Source: Eledone cirrhosa (Eukaryota). Taken from it: a stretch of 64,000 nucleotides of DNA. Under the pieces are notes generated by a model, which saw nothing but the letters and a program-made list of their open reading frames with translations, ran no database searches and was not told the DNA's origin. Position 1 is the stretch's first letter; each line of letters begins with the position of its first letter. This document shows, piece after piece, positions 49,501 to 62,736 of this stretch. The DNA lies in NCBI GenBank assembly GCA_964016885.1, contig OZ024740.1, positions 295,306,001-295,370,000 on the forward strand. Direction: 5' to 3'. The translations under genes were made by a program, and so were the position numbers.

Positions 49501-52500
49501 CCCAAATAAAAAATGGATCCTTTTTCATTTGGGTGATCCATTTTTTATTTTGGGGATCCATTTTTTATTTGGGCGATCCATTTTTTATTTGGGGGACCCA
49601 TTTTTTATTTGGGGGATCCATTTTTTATTTGGGTGATCCATTTTTTATTTGGGTGATCCATTTTTTATTTGGGTGATCCATTTTTTATTTGGGGGATCCA
49701 TTTTTTATTTAGGGGATCCATTTTTTATTTGGGTGATCCATTTTTTATTTGGGTGATCCATTTTTTATATGGGTGATCCATTTTTTATTTGGGGGATCCA
49801 TTTTTTATTTAGGGGATCCATTTTTTATTTGGGTGATCCATTTTCTATTTGGGTGATCCATATTTTATTTGAGGGATTCATTTTTTATTTGGGTGATCCA
49901 TTCTTTATTTGGGTGATCCATTTTTTATTTGGGTGATCCATTTTTTATTTGGGTGATCCATTTTTTATTTGATGGATCTCCCAAATAAAGAATGGATCAC
50001 CCAAATAAAAAATGGATCCCCCAAATAAAAATTAGATCACCCAAATAAAAAATGGATACCCCAAATAAAAAATGGATCCCCCAAATAAAAAATGGATCCC
50101 CCAAATAAAAAATGGATCACCCAAATAAAAAATGGATCACCCAAATAAAAAATGGATCACCCAAATAAAAAAAGGATCCATTTTTTATTTGGGGGAACCA
50201 TTTTTTATTTGGGGGATCCATTTTTTATTTGGGGGATCCATTTTTTATTTGTGGGATCCATTTTTTATTTGGGGGATCCATTTTTTATTTGGGTGATCCA
50301 TTTTTTGTTTGGGTGATCCATTTTTTATTTGGGTGATCCATTTTTTATTTGGGTGATCCATTTTTTATTTGGGTGATCCATTTTTTATTGCGGGATCCAT
50401 TTTTTATTTTGGTGATCCATTTTTAATTTGGGGGATCCATTTTTTATTTGGAGGATCCATTTTTTATTTCGGTGATCCATTTTTTATTTAGGGGATCCAT
50501 TTTTTATTTGGGTGATCCATTTTCTATTTGGCTGATCCATATTTTATTTGAGGGATCCATTTTTTATTTGGGTGATCCATTCTTTATTTGGGTGATCCAT
50601 TTTTTATTTGGGTGATCCATTTTTTATTTGCTGGATCCATTTTTTATTTGGGGGATCCATTTTTTTTTGGTGGATCCATTTTTTATTTGGGGTATCCATT
50701 TTATATTTGGGTGATCCATTTTTTATTTGGGTGATCCATTTTTTATTTGGGGGATCCATTTTTTATTTGGGTGATCCATTTTTTATTTGGGGGATCCATT
50801 TTTTATTTGGGTGATCCATTTTTTATTTGGGGGATCCATTTTTTATTTGGTGGATCCATTTTTTATTTGGGTTATCCATTTTTTATTTGCGTGATCCACT
50901 TTTTATTTGGTGTATACATTTTTTATTTCGGTGATCCATTTTTTATTTGGGGGGTCCATTTTTTATTTCGGTGATCCATTTTTTATTTGGGTGATCCATT
51001 TTTTATTTGGGGTTTCCATTTTTTATTTGGGTGATCCATTTTTTATTTGGGAGATCCATCAAATAAAAAATGGATCACCCAAATAAAAAATGGATCGCCC
51101 AAATAAAAAATTGATCCAAAAAATAAAAAATGGATCACCCAAATAAAAAATGGATCCCCCAAATAAAAAAATGGATCCCCCAAATAAAAAATGGAACCCT
51201 TTTTTATTTGGCGGATCCATTTTTTATTTGGGGGATCCATTATCTATTTGGGTGATCCATTTTTTATTTGGGGGATCCATATTTTATTTGGGTGATCCAT
51301 TTTTTATTTGGTGATACATTTTTTATTTGGGGGATCCAGTTTTTATTTGGGGGATCTATTTTTTATTTGGGTGATCCCTTTTTTATTTGGATGATCCATT
51401 TTTTATTTGGGGGATCCATTTTTTATTTGGGTGATCCATTTTTTATTTGGGGGATCCATTTTTTATTTGGGGGATACATTTTTTATTTGGGTGAGCCATT
51501 TTTTATTTGGGGGATCCATTTTTTATTTGGGTGATCCATTTTTTATTTGTGGGATCCATTTTTTATTTGGGGGATCCATTTTTTATTTGGGTGATCCATT
51601 TTTTATTTGGGTAATCCATTTTTTATTTGGGTGATCCATTTTTTATTTGGGTGATCCATTTTTTATTTGGGTGATCCATTTTTTACTTGGTGATCCATTT
51701 TTTATTTGGGGGATCCATTTATGTTTTGGGTGATCCATTTTTTATTTGGGGGACCCATTTTTTATTTGGGTGATCCATTTTTTATTTGGGAGATACATCA
51801 AATAAAAAATGGATCCCCCAAATAAAAAATGGATCACCAAATAAAAAATGGATCACCCAAATAAAAAATGGATCCCCCAAATAAAAAATGGATCCCCCAA
51901 ATAAAAAATGGATCCCTCAAATAAAAAATGGATCACCCAAATAAAAACTGGATCCCCCAAATAAAAAAATGGATCCACCAAATAAAAAATGGATCGCCCA
52001 AATAAAAAATGGATCCAAAAAATCAAAAATGGATCACCCAAATAAAAAATGGATCCCCCAAATAAAAAATAGATCACCCAAATAATAAATGGATACCCCA
52101 AATAAAAAATGGATCCCTCAAATAAAAAATGGATCCCCCAAATAAAAAATGCATTACCCAAATAAAAAATGGATCACCCAAATAAAAAATGGATCACCCA
52201 AATAAAAAATGGATCCCCCAAATAAAAAATGGATCGCCCAAATAAAAAATGGATCACACAAATAAAAAATGGATCCCCCAAATAAAAAATGGATCACCCA
52301 AATAAAAAAAGGACCCCCCAAGTAAAAAATGGATCCCCCAAATAAAAAATGGATCACCCAAATAAAAAATGGATCACCCAAATAATAAATGGATCGCCCA
52401 AATAATAAATGGATCACCCAAATAAAAAATGGATCCCCCAAATAAAAAATAGATGACCCAAATAAAAAATGGATACCCCAAATAAAAAATGGATCGCCCA

Positions 52501-55500
52501 AATAAAAAATGGATCCAAAAAATAAAAAATGGATCACCCAAATAAAAAATGGATCACCCAAATAAAAAATGGACCCCCAAATAAAAAATGGATCACCCAA
52601 ATAAAAAATGGATCCCCGAAATAAAAAATGGATCACGCAAATAAAAAATGGATCCCCCAAATAAAAAATGGATCCCCCAAATAAAAAATGGATCCCCCAA
52701 ATAAAAAATGGATCCCCCAAATAAAAAATGGATCACCCAAATAAAAAATGGATCACCCAAATAAAAAATGGATCGCCCAAATAAAAAATGTATCCAAAAA
52801 ATAAAAAATGGATCACCCAAATAAAAAATGGATCCCCCAAATAAAAAATGGATCACCCAAATAAAAAATGGATCACCCAAATAAAAAATGGATCACCCAA
52901 ATAAAAAATGGATCACCCAAATAAAAAATGGATCGCCCAAATAAAAAATGGATCCCCAAATAATAAATGGATCACCCAAATAAAAAATAGATCCCCCAAA
53001 TAAAAAATGGATCCCCCAAATAAAAAATGGATCACCCAAATAAAAAAAGGACCCCCCAAGTAAAAAATGGATCCCCCAAATAAAAAATTGATCACCCAAA
53101 TAAAAAATGGATCACCCAAATAAAAAATGGATCGCCCAAATAAAAAATGGATCACCCAAATAAAAAATGGATCCCCCAAATAAAAAATAGATGACCCAAA
53201 TAAAAAATGGATACCCCAAATAAAAAATGGATCGCCCAAATAAAAAATGGATCCAAAAAATAAAAAATGGATCACCCAAATAAAAAATGGACCCCCAAAT
53301 AAAAAATGGAACACCCAAATAAAAAATGGATCCCCGAAATAAAAAATGGATCACGCAAATAAAAAATGGATCCCCCAAATAAAAAATGGATCCCCCAAAT
53401 AAAAAATGGATCCCCCAAATAAAAAATGGATCCCCCAAATAAAAAATGGATCACCCAAATAAAAAATGGATCACCCAAATAAAAAATGGTTCGCCCAAAT
53501 AAAAAATGTATCCAAAAAATAAAAAATGGATCACCCAAATAAAAAATGGATCCCCCAAATAAAAAATGGATCACCCAAATAAAAAATGGATCACCCAAAT
53601 AAAAAATGGATCACCCAAATAAAAAATGGATCACCCAAATAAAAAATGGATCGCCCAAATAAAAAATGGATCCCCAAATAATAAATGGATCACCCAAATA
53701 AAATATAGATCCCCCAAATAAAAAATGGATCCCCCAAATAAAAAATGGATCACCCAAATAAAAAAAATGGACCCCCAAATAAAAAATGGATCACCCAAAT
53801 AACAAGTGGATCACCCAAATAAAAAATGGATCCCCCAAATAAAAAATGGATCACCCAAATAAAAAATGGATCACCCAAATAAAAAATGGATCCCCCAAAT
53901 AAAAAATGGATCACCCAAATAAAAAATGGATCACCCAAATAAAAAATGGATCGCCCAAATAAAAAATGGATCCCTCAAATAAAGAATAGATCACTCAAAT
54001 AAAAAATGGATCACCCAAATAAAAAAGGGATCCCCCAAATAAAAAATGGATCACCCAAATAAAAAATGGATCCCCCAAATAAAAAATGGATCCCCCAAAT
54101 AAAAAATGGATCACCCAAATAGATCACAAATAGATAATGGATCCCCCAAATAAAAAATGGATCCGCCAAATAAAAAAGGGATCCATTTTTTATTTGGGGG
54201 ATCCATTTTTTATTTGGGTGATCCATTTTTTATTTGGGTGATTCATTTTTTATTTGGGTGATCCATTTTTTATTTGGGGGATCCATTTTTTATTTGGGTG
54301 ATCCATTTTTTATTTGGGGGATCCATTTTTTATTTGGGGGATCCATTTTTTATTTGGGTGATCCATTTTTTATTTGCGGGATCCATTTTTTATTTGGGTG
54401 ATCCATTTTTTATTTGAGTGATCCATTCTTTATTTGAGGGATCCATTTTTTATTTGGGGGATCCATTTTTTATTTGATGGATCACCCAAATAAAAAATGG
54501 ATCCCCCAAATAAAAAATGGATCACCCAAATAAAAAATGGATCCCCCAAATAAAAAATGGATCACCAAATAAAAAATGAATTACCCAAATAAAAAATGGA
54601 TCACCCAAATAAAAAATGGATCACCCAAATAAAAAATGGATCACCCAAATAAAAAATGGATACCCCTAATAAAAAATGGATCAACCAAATAAAAAATGGA
54701 TAACCGAAATAAAAAATGGATACCCCTAATAAAAAATGGATCAACCAAATAAAAAATGGATAACCCAAATAAAAAATGGACCCCCCAAATAAAAAATGGA
54801 TCACACAAATAAAAAATGGATCCCCCAAATAAAAAATGGATCACCCAAATAAAAAATGGATCACCCAAATAAAAAATGGATCACCCAAATAAAAAATGGA
54901 TCACCCAAATAAAAAATGGATCACCCAAATAAAAAATGGATCACCCAAATAAAAAATGGATCGCCCAAATAAAAAATGGATCTAAAAAATAAAAAATGGA
55001 TCACCCAAATAAAAAATGGATCACCCAAATAAAAAATGGACCCCCAAATAAAAAATGGATCACCCAAATAAAAACTGGATCCCCCAAATAAAAAATGGAT
55101 CCCCCAAATAAAAAATTGATCACCCAAACAAAAAATGGATCGCCCAAATAAAAAATGGATCCAAAAAATTAAAAATGGATTACCCAAATAAAAAATGGAT
55201 CACCCAAATAAAAAATGGATACCCCAAATAAAAAATGGATCACCCAAATAAAAAATGGATCCCCCAAATAAAAAATAGATGACCCAAATAAAAAATGGAT
55301 ACCCCAAATAAAAAATGGATCGCCCAAATAAAAAATGGATCCAAAAAATAAAAAATGGATCACCCAAATAAAAAATGGACCCCCAAATAAAAAATGGAAC
55401 ACCCAAATAAAAAATGGATCCCCGAAATAAAAAATGGATCACGCAAATAAAAAATGGATCCCCCAAATAAAAAATGGATCCCCCAAATAAAAAATGGATC

Positions 55501-56910
55501 CCCCAAATAAAAAATGGATCCCCCAAATAAAAAATGGATCACCCAAATAAAAAATGGATCACCCAAATAAAAAATGGTTCGCCCAAATAAAAAATGTATC
55601 CAAAAAATAAAAAATGGATCACCCAAATAAAAAATGGATCCCCCAAATAAAAAATGGATCACCCAAATAAAAAATGGATCACCCAAATAAAAAATGGATC
55701 ACCCAAATAAAAAATGGATCACCCAAATAAAAAATGGATCGCCCAAATAAAAAATGGATCCCCAAATAATAAATGGATCACCCAAATAAAATATAGATCC
55801 CCCAAATAAAAAATGGATCCCCCAAATAAAAAATGGATCACCCAAATAAAAAAAATGGACCCCCAAATAAAAAATGGATCACCCAAATAACAAGTGGATC
55901 ACCCAAATAAAAAATGGATCCCCCAAATAAAAAATGGATCACCCAAATAAAAAATGGATCACCCAAATAAAAAATGGATCCCCCAAATAAAAAATGGATC
56001 ACCCAAATAAAAAATGGATCACCCAAATAAAAAATGGATCGCCCAAATAAAAAATGGATCCCTCAAATAAAGAATAGATCACTCAAATAAAAAATGGATC
56101 ACCCAAATAAAAAAGGGATCCCCCAAATAAAAAATGGATCACCCAAATAAAAAATGGATCCCCCAAATAAAAAATGGATCCCCCAAATAAAAAATGGATC
56201 ACCCAAATAGATCACAAATAGATAATGGATCCCCCAAATAAAAAATGGATCCGCCAAATAAAAAATGGATCCGCCAAATAAAAAAGGGATCCATTTTTTA
56301 TTTAGGGGATCCATTTTTTATTTGGGTGATCCATTTTTTATTTGGGTGATTCATTTTTTATTTGGGTGATCCATTTTTTATTTGGGGGATCCATTTTTTA
56401 TTTGGGTGATCCATTTTTTATTTGGGGGATCCATTTTTTATTTGGGGGATCCATTTTTTATTTGGGTGATCCATTTTTTATTTGCGGGATCCATTTTTTA
56501 TTTGGGTGATCCATTTTTTATTTGAGTGATCCATTCTTTATTTGAGGGATCCATTTTTTATTTGGGGGATCCATTTTTTATTTGATGGATCACCCAAATA
56601 AAAAATGGATCCCCCAAATAAAAAATGGATCACCCAAATAATTTTTAATTTGGGGGATCCATTTTTTATTTGGAGGATCCATTTTTTATTTCGGTGATCC
56701 ATTTTTTATTTAGGGGATCCATTTTTTATTTGGGTGATCCATTTTCTATTTGGCTGATCCATATTTTATTTGAGGGATCCATTTTTTATTTGGGGGATCC
56801 ATTTTTTATTTGGGTGATCCATTTTTTATTTGGGGGATCCATTTTTTATTTGGAGGATCCATTTTTTATTTCGGTGATGGATCTCCCAAATAAAAAATGG
56901 ATCACCCAAA
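46542..56910. repeat. Long pure SatA domain (~10.4 kb) with many inversions
   Basis: No SatB or SatC; includes a ~1.4-kb repeat at an offset of 2088 bp (ORF pairs 53272/55360 and 53750/55838). Confidence 0.95.
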
Positions 56911-57286
56911 TTAATGCTGAAATTTTCTGGAAAAAATGACGAAATTTTCTGGAAAAAATGACGAAATTTTCCGGAAAAAATCACGAAATTTTCGGCAAAA
57001 AATGACGAAATTTTCGTGAAAAAATGCCGAAATTTTCCGCAAAAATTGACTAAATTTTCGGCAAAAATTGACTAAATTTTCGGCAGAATTTGACGAAATT
57101 TTCTTCAAAAAAATCCGAAATTTTCGGCAAAAATTGACGATATTTTCGGGGAAAAACGCCGAAATTTTCGAGGAAAAATGAAAAAATTTTCGGCCAAAAT
57201 GACGAAATTTTCGGGAAAAAACGACGAAATTTTCGTGAAAAAATGCCCAAATGTTCGGCAAAAAATTACGAAATTTTCGGCAAAAA
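56911..57286 (+). repeat. SatB block 13 (376 bp, similar to block 6)
   Basis: 22-bp tandem. Confidence 0.95.
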
Positions 57287-57367
57287 TTAGGAGGTAGAAT
57301 CTTAGGGGGTAGAACCTTAGGAGGTAAAACCTTAGGAGGTAGAACCAAGCGGTAGAACCTTAGGGGG
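57287..57367 (+). repeat. SatC linker L13 (AAGCGG variant)
   Basis: 15-bp TTAGG units. Confidence 0.95.
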
Positions 57368-59512
57368 AATCCATTTTTTATTTCGGTGATCCATTTTCTA
57401 TTTGGGGGATCCATTTTTTATTTCGGTGATCCATTTTTTATTTGGGTGATCCATTTTTTATTTCATGGATCTCCCAAATAAAAAATGGATCCCCCAAATA
57501 AAAGATGGATCCCCCAAATAAAAAATGGATCACCCTAATAAAAAATGGATCCCCCCAAATAAAAAATGGATCCATTTTTTATTTGGGTGATCCATTTTTT
57601 ATTTGGGTGATCCATTTTTCATTTGGGTGATCCATTTTTTATTTGGTTGATCCATCTTTTATTAGGGGTATCCATTTTTAATTTGGGTTATCCATCTTTT
57701 ATTAGGGGTATCCATTTTTAATTTGGGTGATCCATTTTTTATTTGGGTGATCCATTTTTTATTTGAGGGATCCATTTTTTATTTGGGGGATCCATTTTTT
57801 ATTTGATGGATCTCCCAAATAAAAAATGGATCACCCAAATAAAAAATGGATCCCTCAAATAAAAAATGGATCACCCAAATAAAAAATGGATCACCCAAAT
57901 AAAAAATGGATCCCCCAAATAAAAATGGATCACCCAAATAAAAAATGGATCACCCAAATAAAAATGGATCCCCCAAATAAAAAATGAATCACCCAAATAA
58001 AAAATGGATCCCTTTTTTATTTAGAGGATCCATTTTTTATTTCGGGGATCCATTTTTTATTTGGGTGATCCATTTTTTATTTGGGTGATCCATTCTTTAT
58101 TTGGGGCATCCATTTTTTATTTGGGTGATCCATTTTTCATTTGGGTGATCCATTTTTTATTTGGGGGATCCATTTTTTATTTCGGTGATCCATTTTTTAT
58201 TTGGGGGATCCATTTTTTATTTCGGTGATCCATTTTTTATTTGGGTGATCCATTTTTTATTTGGGGGATCCATTTTTTATTTGGGTGATCCATTTTTATT
58301 TGGGAGTCCATTTTTTATTTGGGTTATCCATTTTTTATTTGGGTGATCCATTTTTTATTTGGTTGATCCATTTTTTATTAGGGGTATCCATTTTTAATTT
58401 GGGTGATCCATTTATTATTTGGGTGATCCATTTTTTATTTGAGCGATCCCTTTTGTATTTGGGGGATCCATTTTTTATTTGATGGATCTCCCAAATAAAA
58501 AATGGATCACCCAAATAAAAAATGGATCCCTCAAATAAAAAATGGATCACCCAAATAAAAAATGAATCCCCCAAATAAAAAATTGATCACCCAAATAAAA
58601 AATGGATCACCGAAATAAAAAATGGATCCCCCAAATAAAAAATGGTTCACCCAAATAAAAAATGGATCACCCAAATAAAAAATGGATCCCCTAAATAAAA
58701 AAAGGATCACCCAAATCAAAAATGGATCACCCAAATAAAAAATGGATCCCCCAAATAAAAAATGGATCACCCAAATAAAAAATGGATCCCCAAATAAAAA
58801 TGGATCACCCAAATAAAAAATGGATCACCCAAATAAAAGATGAATCACCCAAATAAAAAATGGATCACCCAAATAAAAAATGGATCCCCCAAATAAAAAA
58901 GTGATCACCCAAATAAAAAATGGATCCCTTTTTTATTTAGCGGATCCATTTTTTATTTCGGGGATCCATTTTTTATTTGGGTGATCCATTTTTTATTTGG
59001 GGGATCCATTTTTTATTTGGGTGATCCATTTTTTATTTGGGGGATCCATTTTTTATTTGGGTGATCCATTTTTTATTTGGGTGATCCATTTTTTATTTGG
59101 GGGATCCATTTTTTATTTGGGTGATCCATTTCTTATTTGGTGGATCCATTTTTTATTTGGGGGATCCATTTTTTATTTGGGTGATCCATTTTTTATTTGG
59201 GAGATCCATTTTTTATTTGGGGGATCTATTTTTTATTTGGGTGATCAATTTTTTATTTGGGTGATCCATTTTTTATTTGGTGATCCATTTTTTATTTGGG
59301 GGAACCATTTTTTATTTGGGTGATCCATTTTTTATTTGGGTGATCCATTTTTTATTTGGGGTATCCATTTTTAATTTGGGTGATCCATTTTTTATTTGGG
59401 TGATCCATTTTTTATTTGAGGGATACATTTTTTATTTGGGGGATCCATTTTTTATTTGATGGATCTCCCAAATAAAAAATGGATCACCGAAATAAAAAAT
59501 GGATCACCCAAA
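57368..59512. repeat. SatA array (paralog of 14976-17064)
   Basis: Shares the TTTCATGGATCTCCC, AAAGATGG and TTAGAGGATCC variants. Confidence 0.93.
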
Positions 59513-59756
59513 CTTATGCTGAAATTTTCGGGAAAAAATGCCTAAATTTTCTGGAAAAAAGGACGAAATTTTCGGTAAAAAGTGACGAAATTTTCGGCAA
59601 AAATTGACGAAATTTTCGGGAAAAAATGCCGAAATTTTAGGGGAAAAATGAAAAAAATTTCGGCCAAAATGACGAAATTTTAGGAAAAAAACGACGAAAT
59701 TTTCGTGAAAAAATGCCCAAATGTTCGGCAAAAAATGACGAAATTTTCGGCAAAAA
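59513..59756 (+). repeat. SatB block 14 (244 bp, the shortest)
   Basis: Resembles block 1 with 660 bp (30 monomers) missing. Confidence 0.95.
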
Positions 59757-59837
59757 TTAGGAGGTAGAATCTTAGGGGGTAGAACCTTAGGAGGTAAAAC
59801 CTTAGGAGGTAGAACCAAGGGGTAGAACCTTAGGGGG
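59757..59837 (+). repeat. SatC linker L14
   Basis: Same as L1, including the following TTCCGTG variant. Confidence 0.95.
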
Positions 59838-61245
59838 AATCCATTTTTTATTTCCGTGATCCATTTTCTATTTGGGGGATCCATTTTTTATTTCGGTGAT
59901 CCATTTTTTATTTGGGTGATCCATTTTTTATTTGATGGATCTCCCAAATAAAAAATGGATCACCCAAATAAAAAATGGATCCCCCAAATAAAAAATGGAT
60001 CACCCAAATAAAAAATGGATCACCCAAATAAAAACTTGATCCTCCAAATAAAAAATGGATCACCCAAATAGAAAATGGATCCCCCAAATAAAAAATAGAT
60101 CACCCAAATAAAAACTGGATCCCCCAAATAAAAAATGGATCCCCCAAATAAAAAATTGATCACCCAAACAAAAAATGGATCGCCCAAATAAAAAATGGAT
60201 CCAAAAAATTAAAAATGGATCAGCCAAATAAAAAATGGATCACCCAAATAAAAAATGGATACCCCAAATAAAAAATGGATCACCCAAATAAAAAATGGAC
60301 CCCCAAATAAAAAATGGATCACCCAAATTAAAAATGGATCACCCAAATAAAAAATGGATCGCCCAAATAAAAAATGGATCGCCCAAATAAAAAATGGATC
60401 ACCCAAATAAAAAATGGATCCCCCAAATAAAAAATGGATCACCCAAATAAAAAATGGATCACCGAAATAAAAAAATGGATTCCCCAAATAAAAAATGGAT
60501 CACCCAAATAAAAAATGGATCCCCCAAATGAAAAATGTATCACCGAAATAAAAAATGGATCAGCCAAATAAAAAATGAATCACCCAAATAAAAAATGGAT
60601 CACCCAAATAAAAAATGGATCCCGCAAATAAAAAATGGATCACCCAAATAAAAAATGGATCCCTTTTTTATTTAGCGGATCCATTTTTTATTTGGGGGAT
60701 CCATTTTTTATTTGGGTGATCCATTTTTTATTTGGGTGATCCATTTTTCATTTGGGGGATCCATTTTTTATTTGGGTGATCCATTTTTTATTTGGGGGAT
60801 CCATTTTTTATTTCGGTGATCCATTTTTTATTTGGGTGATCCATTTTTTATTTGGGGGATCCATTTTTTATTTGGGTGATCCATTTTTTATTTGGTGGAT
60901 CCATTTTTTATTTGGGGGATCCATTTTTTATTTGGGTGATCCATTTTTTATTTGGGTGATCCATTTTTTATTTGGGGGATCTATTTTTTATTTGGGTGAT
61001 CAATTTTTTATTTCGGTGATCCATTTTTTATTTGGTGATCTATTTTTTATTTGGGGGAACCATTTTTTATTTGGGTGATCCATTTTTATTTGGGTGATCC
61101 ATTTTTTATTTGGGTTATCCATTTTTAATTTGGGTGATCCATTTTTTATTTGAGGGATACATTTTTATTTGGGGGATCCATTTTTTATTTGATGGATCTC
61201 CCAAATAAAAAATGGATCACCCAAATAAAAAATGGATCACCCAAA
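59838..61245. repeat. SatA array with inversions
   Basis: Switches near 59939, 60659 and 61195. Confidence 0.95.
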
Positions 61246-62655
61246 TTAATGCTGAAATTTTCTGGAAAAAATGACGAAATTTTCTGGAAAAAATGACGAA
61301 ATTTTCAGCAAAAATGACGAAATTTTCTGGAAAAATTGACGAAATATTCTGGATAAAGTGACGAAATATTCGTGAAAAAATGTCGAAATTTTTTGGAAAC
61401 AATGACGAAATTGTCGTCAAAAAATAACGAAATTTTCGGGAAATATTGACGAAATTTTCTGTGAAAAATGCCGAAATTTTCGGGAAAAAAGGTCGAAATT
61501 TTCGGCAAAAACTGTTGAAATTTTCGGCAAAAATTGTTGAAATTTTCGGCTGAAACTGACGAAATTTTCGGGAAAAAATGACGAACTTTCCGGCAAAAAT
61601 TTACGAAATTTTCATGAAAAAATGATGAAATTTTCTGTAAAAATTGACGAAAGTTTCGGGAAAAAATGCTGATATTTTCTGGAAAAAATGACGAAATTTT
61701 CTGGAAAAATTGACGAAATATCCTGGATAAATTGACGAAATATTCGGTAAAAAATGTCGAAATTTTTTTGAAAAAATGACGAAATTATCGGCAAAAAAAT
61801 GATGAAATTTTCGGGAAAAATTGACGAAATTTTCTTTGATAAATGCCGAAATTTTCGGGAAAAAACGTCGAAATTTTCGGTTGAAACTGACGAAATTTTC
61901 GGGAAAAAATGATGAAATTTTGGGTAAAAATTGACTAAATTTTCCGGAAAAAATGACGAAATATTCGGCAAAAAATGACGAAATTTTCGTGAAAAAATGC
62001 CGAAATTTTCCGCAAAAATTGACTAAAATTTCGGGAAAAATTGACGAAATTTTCGGGAAAAAATGCCGAAACTTTAGGGAAAAAAATGATGAGATTTTCG
62101 GCAAAAATTGACTACATTTTCGGGAAAAAATGACGAAAGTTTCGGCAAAAAGTGACGAAATTTTCTTGAAAAAATGCCGAAATTTTCGGCAAAAACTGAC
62201 GAAATTTTCGTGAAAAAATGCCGAAATTTTCCGCAAAAATTGACGAAATTTTCTGTAAAAATTGACGAAATTTTCGGTAAAAAATGAGGAATTTTTAGGC
62301 AAAAATTGACGAAATTTTAGGGGAAAAATGAAAAAATTTTCGGCAAAAATTGACGACATTTTCGGGAAAAAATGACGACATTTTCGGGAAAAAATGACGA
62401 AAGTTTCGGGAAAAAATGCCTAAATTTTCGGGAAAAAAGGACGAAATTTTCGGTAAAAGTGACGAAATTTTCGGCAAAAATTGACGAAATTTTCGGCAGA
62501 ATTTGACGAAATTTTCGGGAAAAAACGCCGAAATTTTCGGGGAAAAATGAAAAAGTTTTCGGCCAAAATGACGAAATTTTCGGGAAAAAACGAGGAAATT
62601 TTCATGAAAAAATGCCCAAATGTTCAGCAAAAAATGACGAAATTTTCGGCAAAAA
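61246..62655 (+). repeat. SatB block 15 (1410 bp)
   Basis: 22-bp tandem, similar to block 7. Confidence 0.95.
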
Positions 62656-62736
62656 TTAGGAGGTAGAATCTTAGGGGGTAGAACCTTAGGAGGTAAAACC
62701 TTAGGAGGTAGAACCAAGGGGTAGAAGCTTAGGGGG
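62656..62736 (+). repeat. SatC linker L15 (AAGCTT variant)
   Basis: 15-bp TTAGG units. Confidence 0.95.

Larger units (their letters stand above)
26861..53262. repeat. ~13.2-kb tandem duplication (about 26861-40050 and 40051-53262)
   Basis: Near-identical ORF sets offset by 13210-13212 bp (27070/40280, 28550/41760, 33098/46310, 35009/48221, 39681/52893); rare variants are shared, including the short linker. Confidence 0.92.
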
